This document shows positions 60,974 through 64,000 of a DNA stretch of 64,000 nucleotides, one piece after another. The stretch comes from a bacterium (GTDB lineage: Bacteria; UBA8248). The stretch's first letter is position 1; each line of letters starts with the position of its first letter. Made by a program: the position numbers and the translations under genes. The stretch covers positions 672,001-736,000 of the forward strand of contig CBDCRP010000002.1 of assembly GCA_965221165.1 (NCBI GenBank), written 5' to 3'. The notes under the pieces were generated by a model. The model saw only the letters and a list, made by a program, of their open reading frames with translations, ran no database searches and had not been told where the DNA came from.

Positions 60974-62931
60974 TTGAGTTTATCCACATTTTTCTCATAA
61001 AGCGCGTGAAAATCCGCTATTTTGCTGTCAGTCATCTTCACGTCACCGGCAATGTGAGCGCTCAAGGCTTCGCTTAATTTTTTCTCCATATCATGGAGAA
61101 TCGGCAGATTTCCCTTGTCCTGCACATCCCACTTATGGGCCTGCACTTCGCGCACCACTGTTTTCAGCAAGACGCTGATCAATTCTTTCTTCTTTCTCTG
61201 CTTCAAACGCTCATATGTGGAGAGGAAAAACTTGAATTCCTCCAGTTCCGAATCCAATGTGTAAATCGTATCTTCAATGCCCTGGACGCCATCGCCCACG
61301 GCCTCCACATAAGCAGTGAGGTCGTCGATACTCTTTCGGCTCAGCCCAAGCCCGAACTGCCTGTTGAACCATTCGTTCACCGCCCGCAGGGTAGGCAGGC
61401 TGCCATTATGAAAATAAGGGGCCGTGAATTTCGATGAGAGCAGAGTGGGCGTATCCAACCCCCCTACATGGAAGGGTTGCCGCTCTCCCCCCGTGGAACC
61501 GATATTGTGTCGTTTGTGGTCCACGAAGTTCGCGTTTGGAATATGGCAACTCGCACAACTCATCCCGCCCATCATCTGCGGGAACTTCCGGTGAAATATC
61601 TTCTCGCCCCGAAGCGCCGCTTTGGAAACCTTCTCGGGATGGAGCCTACCGCTTTTTTTCAGCTTCGGGTTCGGCAAGAACTCGAACTCGTTCATATAGG
61701 CGATCATCCCGTCCATGATCATCGGGTCGGGTTCGGGCCCATTGAACTCATTCACGATGACGTTGCGAACGAATTCCCTGAGCGAGGCGAAACGCCCGTT
61801 CCGGCCGTAGGGGGCCGTGAAGCGAATCCCCCTCAAGTCGGGCGTGTCGAGCGGATCGTGCAGGCCGTTGTTGGCGTGACCCGCGAAGAAACTGTTCGAT
61901 ACGTCCATCCCGCCTTTTTCCCTGGAAAGTCCCGGGATGAAGAGCTTGGGATTCGTCACCCCCTTGTTGTGGCAAGTGTTGCAACTGACCCCCAGGCTGC
62001 GCGCGGGCTCCCCGAATATCTCCGGGCTGTCGAAAGCCATATCCCCCAAAGCGATGAGAAAGGTTTCCGCCTCGTTCGCTCCACGCTCCGCCATTCCGAG
62101 AATCTGGCGGGGACGGGGGAGTTGTTTGTTGATGTTGGCGCCGGGCGGCAGCCTCCACGGCACTCTAGCCGTTTTGAGGTATGTTTCGCTCGCCTTCGGC
62201 CGCGGCAGAAGCCTGTACCCTTTCCCGGCCCGGAACCCGGAAAAATTCGAGTAGAAATAGCGGCGGATGAGAGCGGTATTCTCACGAATTTTCTCCAGAT
62301 TCATCGGCCTTGCGCCGATGCCCATCACACCGGCCGCCCCGAGGTGGGAACTCGCTTCCAGCCAATGGATTTGCATCTTCTTCCACCCTTTCGGATCCAG
62401 ATGCGGCAAGGTCTCGGCAAATGACAGAAAAACCCTTCGCGCTTCATTCAGGTGGGTTTTCACCCCGGATCTCTTCGAGCCCGCCTTGATCCGATCTATG
62501 CGAGAGACCAGCAACAAAGCGACTCCCCGTGTCGCCAGGGAAAAGACCAAACGCCTCCCGTTCCGCCGCGCGGCGACCATGTCCGGCTCTTTACCGCCTC
62601 TCGCCAAGGGCTGGGCCACGCGTCTTGCGGCAGCCAACTCCTCCGAGAATTTCCTCGCGCCAAGAGGGTCCACAGCTCTTAACGCTTCCTCGATGCGCCT
62701 CATATCGAGCCAGACCTGCGGCCAGTGCACCGGGTTCAGATTCAGGATAAAGCTGGCGCGACGATAGCTTTCAGCAACGGGGTGCAATTCCTCTGGAGGG
62801 ACGATGTGCGCCGAAGCGGGACTGAAACTCATCATCAACAAGCCGGTGGCCAGAAGCCACGTCGGCATCACCAAAGAATTTTTAACACGCAGAACAAGCC
62901 TCGCTCCGGGCGTTTTGAGGCCGCAATTCAT
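60970..62931 (-). CDS. Secreted di-heme cytochrome c (CCP/MauG-like) with helical N- and C-terminal extensions
   Basis: Signal ending ASA; CNTCH and CASCH; DTPDLRG..TAPY and DTPTL..TAPYFHNG; ATGA overlap with phnD. Confidence 0.8.
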   Translation of the reverse strand: MNCGLKTPGARLVLRVKNSLVMPTWLLATGLLMMSFSPASAHIVPPEELHPVAESYRRASFILNLNPVHWPQVWLDMRRIEEALRAVDPLGARKFSEELAAARRVAQPLARGGKEPDMVAARRNGRRLVFSLATRGVALLLVSRIDRIKAGSKRSGVKTHLNEARRVFLSFAETLPHLDPKGWKKMQIHWLEASSHLGAAGVMGIGARPMNLEKIRENTALIRRYFYSNFSGFRAGKGYRLLPRPKASETYLKTARVPWRLPPGANINKQLPRPRQILGMAERGANEAETFLIALGDMAFDSPEIFGEPARSLGVSCNTCHNKGVTNPKLFIPGLSREKGGMDVSNSFFAGHANNGLHDPLDTPDLRGIRFTAPYGRNGRFASLREFVRNVIVNEFNGPEPDPMIMDGMIAYMNEFEFLPNPKLKKSGRLHPEKVSKAALRGEKIFHRKFPQMMGGMSCASCHIPNANFVDHKRHNIGSTGGERQPFHVGGLDTPTLLSSKFTAPYFHNGSLPTLRAVNEWFNRQFGLGLSRKSIDDLTAYVEAVGDGVQGIEDTIYTLDSELEEFKFFLSTYERLKQRKKKELISVLLKTVVREVQAHKWDVQDKGNLPILHDMEKKLSEALSAHIAGDVKMTDSKIADFHALYEKNVDKLK

Positions 62932-62972
62932 ATTTTCGGTCTCTCCATAACAAAAAACCCATCAGACAAAAA

Positions 62973-63040
62973 ATTCTATTCCGATCTGAAAAATAAAGTC
63001 AACCTATTTATAATATATTTTTAGATATGACTAAAATCAA
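62973..63040 (-). promoter_or_regulatory. Sigma70-like promoters with SirR/DtxR-like operator
   Basis: TTGATT-N17-TATATT (63040-63012) with TTTTAG-N6-CTAAAA (63019-63036) over the spacer; TTGACT-N18-TAGAAT (63002-62973). Confidence 0.55.
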
Positions 63041-63131
63041 GGAAGCAAATTAATGTCAATACAAACAATTACTTAAAGAATTTATTAAAAATACCAGATT
63101 AAAAAAATTTTTCTTTCAGGAATTGGACTAC

Positions 63132-63163
63132 AAAAAACCGGCCCCTCATCAAGGCCGGTTTTT
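63132..63163 (-). terminator. Intrinsic terminator (bidirectional shape)
   Basis: AAAAAACCGGCC-loop-GGCCGGTTTTT downstream of glnK. Confidence 0.8.
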
Positions 63164-63194
63164 GGAAAACCTGATGTTACGTATGTTTTATTTC

Positions 63195-63320
63195 CTAGAA
63201 ATCTATCTGGAGCCTGGTTCCAAAGACCATGAAGTCTTCCGCATTTTCATCCCTTCCTTGATTCCTGACGAATTGAATCATGGGTCTGATATGGATGTCA
63301 TCGATTTCTACGGCCCCAAC
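63195..63320 (-). pseudogene. C-terminal remnant of an OprB-like porin
   Basis: IHIRPMIQFVRNQGRDENAEDFMVFGTRLQIDF*; two beta strands and terminal Phe; in-frame stop upstream. Confidence 0.5.
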
Positions 63321-63356
63321 CTATTCTTAACACGATTCCACTACGAAGCAGATTGC

Positions 63357-63695
63357 CTAGATGGCGCCATCGCCTCTATCGCCGGTGCGTATCCGCACAC
63401 AATCTTCCACCGCCTGGACGAATATCTTGCCGTCCCCTATCTGGCCCGAATTCGCCGCACCGCAAATCGCCGTGACGATGGCGTCGGCGTTCTCGTCTTG
63501 CGTCAGGATTTCCACCTTGATTTTCGGCAGGAAATCGACCACGTACTCACTGCCGCGATAAAGTTCGGTGTGGCCTTTCTGACGGCCAAACCCCTTTACT
63601 TCGCTCACCGTCATGCCCGTCACCCCGGCATCTCCCAGCGCTTCCTTCACACTTTCCAGCTTAAATGGCTTGATAATCGCCGTGACTAAACGCAT
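63357..63695 (-). CDS. glnK: P-II nitrogen regulatory protein
   Basis: AIIKPFKL, GFGRQKGHTELYRG, IGDGKIFV, RIRTG; next to amtB. Confidence 0.95.
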   Translation of the reverse strand: MRLVTAIIKPFKLESVKEALGDAGVTGMTVSEVKGFGRQKGHTELYRGSEYVVDFLPKIKVEILTQDENADAIVTAICGAANSGQIGDGKIFVQAVEDCVRIRTGDRGDGAI

Positions 63696-63754
63696 TGTTC
63701 ATTCCCCTCAAGATGACAGATGGACTCATCCGGTATGAATTCCTTCCCCGAAAA

Positions 63755-64000
63755 TCAACCCAACCTCTCTCCTGCATAGGCTTCCATGCCGTGTTCGGAG
63801 AGGTCGAGACCGGCCGATTCGTCCTCTGCCGAAACGCGCACACCCATCACGGCTTTCACCGCTTGCCAAAGAATGAGGGATAAGACGAAAGTGAAGACAC
63901 CGACCGCGATGACACCCGTGAGCTGTTTGATGAAGAGCCCAGCACCCCCGCCGTAGAACAAACCTACGACACCCTCGTCAATGGAAGGTGCTGCGAACAA
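63755..64000 (-). CDS. amtB: Ammonium transporter, C-terminal part (cut by window edge)
   Basis: GLFYGGG, KQLTGV, GVRVSAEDESAGLDLSEHGMEAY. Confidence 0.92.
   Translation of the reverse strand: MFAAPSIDEGVVGLFYGGGAGLFIKQLTGVIAVGVFTFVLSLILWQAVKAVMGVRVSAEDESAGLDLSEHGMEAYAGERLG

Overview
GC-rich bacterial chromosomal window. The gene style (many VOC, LLM, MBL, M20 and acyl-CoA enzymes, a C1q-like secreted protein, an autotransporter remnant) suggests a heterotrophic, possibly host-associated organism, but taxonomy cannot be fixed from the sequence alone. 1-31 kb: branched-chain ABC transporter genes and small catabolic clusters with several gene remnants and single-base frameshifts, separated by intergenic regions full of modular repeats (GTAG and CGTC REP-like palindromes, a 13-nt GACYGAKGARGGA core presented in hairpins with variable arms, and 10-bp-phased AT-rich arrays). 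31-33.7 kb: AT-rich Orc1/Cdc6-like AAA+ ATPase with a duplicated 5' end, higBA and an orphan higA. 33.8-53.2 kb: surface-polysaccharide locus (two asnB-like amidotransferases, glycosyltransferases, two O-antigen-ligase-like proteins, ABC flippase, NeuA/NeuB fusions, a LarA-family enzyme, a LIC12162-family protein) next to tRNA-Glu. 53.5-64 kb: EamA, amidohydrolase, phd-vapC, acyl-CoA synthetase, an operon of a secreted di-heme MauG/CCP-like protein plus PhnDCE-like ABC transporter under a SirR/DtxR-like box, and glnK-amtB. The best candidates for undescribed systems are the variable-arm/constant-loop hairpin element, the di-heme plus PhnD-like operon, and LarA inside a nonulosonate locus. All family calls come from motif recognition by eye; no searches were run.
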